From Oscillospiraceae bacterium (GTDB taxonomy: Bacteria > Bacillota > Clostridia > Oscillospirales > Oscillospiraceae): a stretch of 64,000 nt of DNA. The DNA is taken from positions 72,844-136,843 of the forward strand of contig JAFQCV010000006.1 in NCBI GenBank assembly GCA_017416325.1. The letters are read 5' to 3'. This document shows, piece after piece, positions 63,758 through 64,000 of the stretch. A program made the translations under genes and the position numbers. Below the pieces are notes generated by a model, which was not told the origin of the DNA, made no database searches, and saw only the letters and a list, made by a program, of their open reading frames with translations. Numbering within the stretch: the stretch's first letter is position 1; every line of letters starts with the position of its first letter.

Positions 63758-64000
63758 ATGAATCGGATTATGAGAAGAGCCCGAATCCTCCTGGTTCTGG
63801 TTTTGGTGATTGCGTTGGGCATTTCCTTATTTGCCGCGGATTATTTAATCAACGCGAGAGATTGGGTTTTGTTTCCCGGTTCGCCCCATTTGTATAATGC
63901 CGGAAATCTTGGTTGCGGTATCGTGACGGATCGCGACGGTGTTTTGCTGATGGATATGCGAGATCAACGGGTCTACGCGGATAATGATGTGCTACGTCAG
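63758..64000 (+). CDS. penicillin-binding protein (class B), 5' part only
   Basis: ATG after AGGAGG; N-terminal TM and G.I.TDRDG..L motif; directly downstream of a SEDS gene; runs off the window. Confidence 0.7.
   Translation, partial: MNRIMRRARILLVLVLVIALGISLFAADYLINARDWVLFPGSPHLYNAGNLGCGIVTDRDGVLLMDMRDQRVYADNDVLRQ

Overview
This is a 64 kb chromosomal segment from a spore-forming Clostridia (Firmicutes) bacterium. Gene content and order suggest an Oscillospiraceae-like lineage, which is an inference. The backbone is housekeeping and sporulation genes: gltX, tepA-uppP-like-spoIIIE/ftsK, a complete spoIIIAA-AH operon, deoC/deoD, smpB-cyclophilin-ssrA, a putative SOS-regulated dinB cassette, ybaK, trpS, coaX, a two-subunit class I fumarase, ylmH, nfo, and an FHA-RodA fusion followed by a PBP. 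There are three RNA genes: tmRNA, tRNA-Ser(TGA) and tRNA-Ser(GCT). Two accessory catabolic blocks are present. One is an AraC regulator with two TIM-barrel isomerase/dehydratase-like genes and three Gfo/Idh/MocA oxidoreductases. The other is a ~16 kb sialic-acid (nan) island between two convergent tRNA-Ser genes, ending in a ~3,700-aa sortase-anchored protein with six tandem carbohydrate-binding-like modules and a non-canonical Asp-box propeller. The most unusual non-coding signal is a ~185-220 bp structured element found twice, behind the tmRNA and behind tRNA-Ser(GCT). Each copy carries an inverted and a direct copy of its own host RNA's T-arm/acceptor end around a shared GAAA / CC-RGT-GG hairpin / GTGG core. 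No CRISPR array, integrase or transposase gene was seen. All calls come from reading sequence and motifs by eye; no searches were run.
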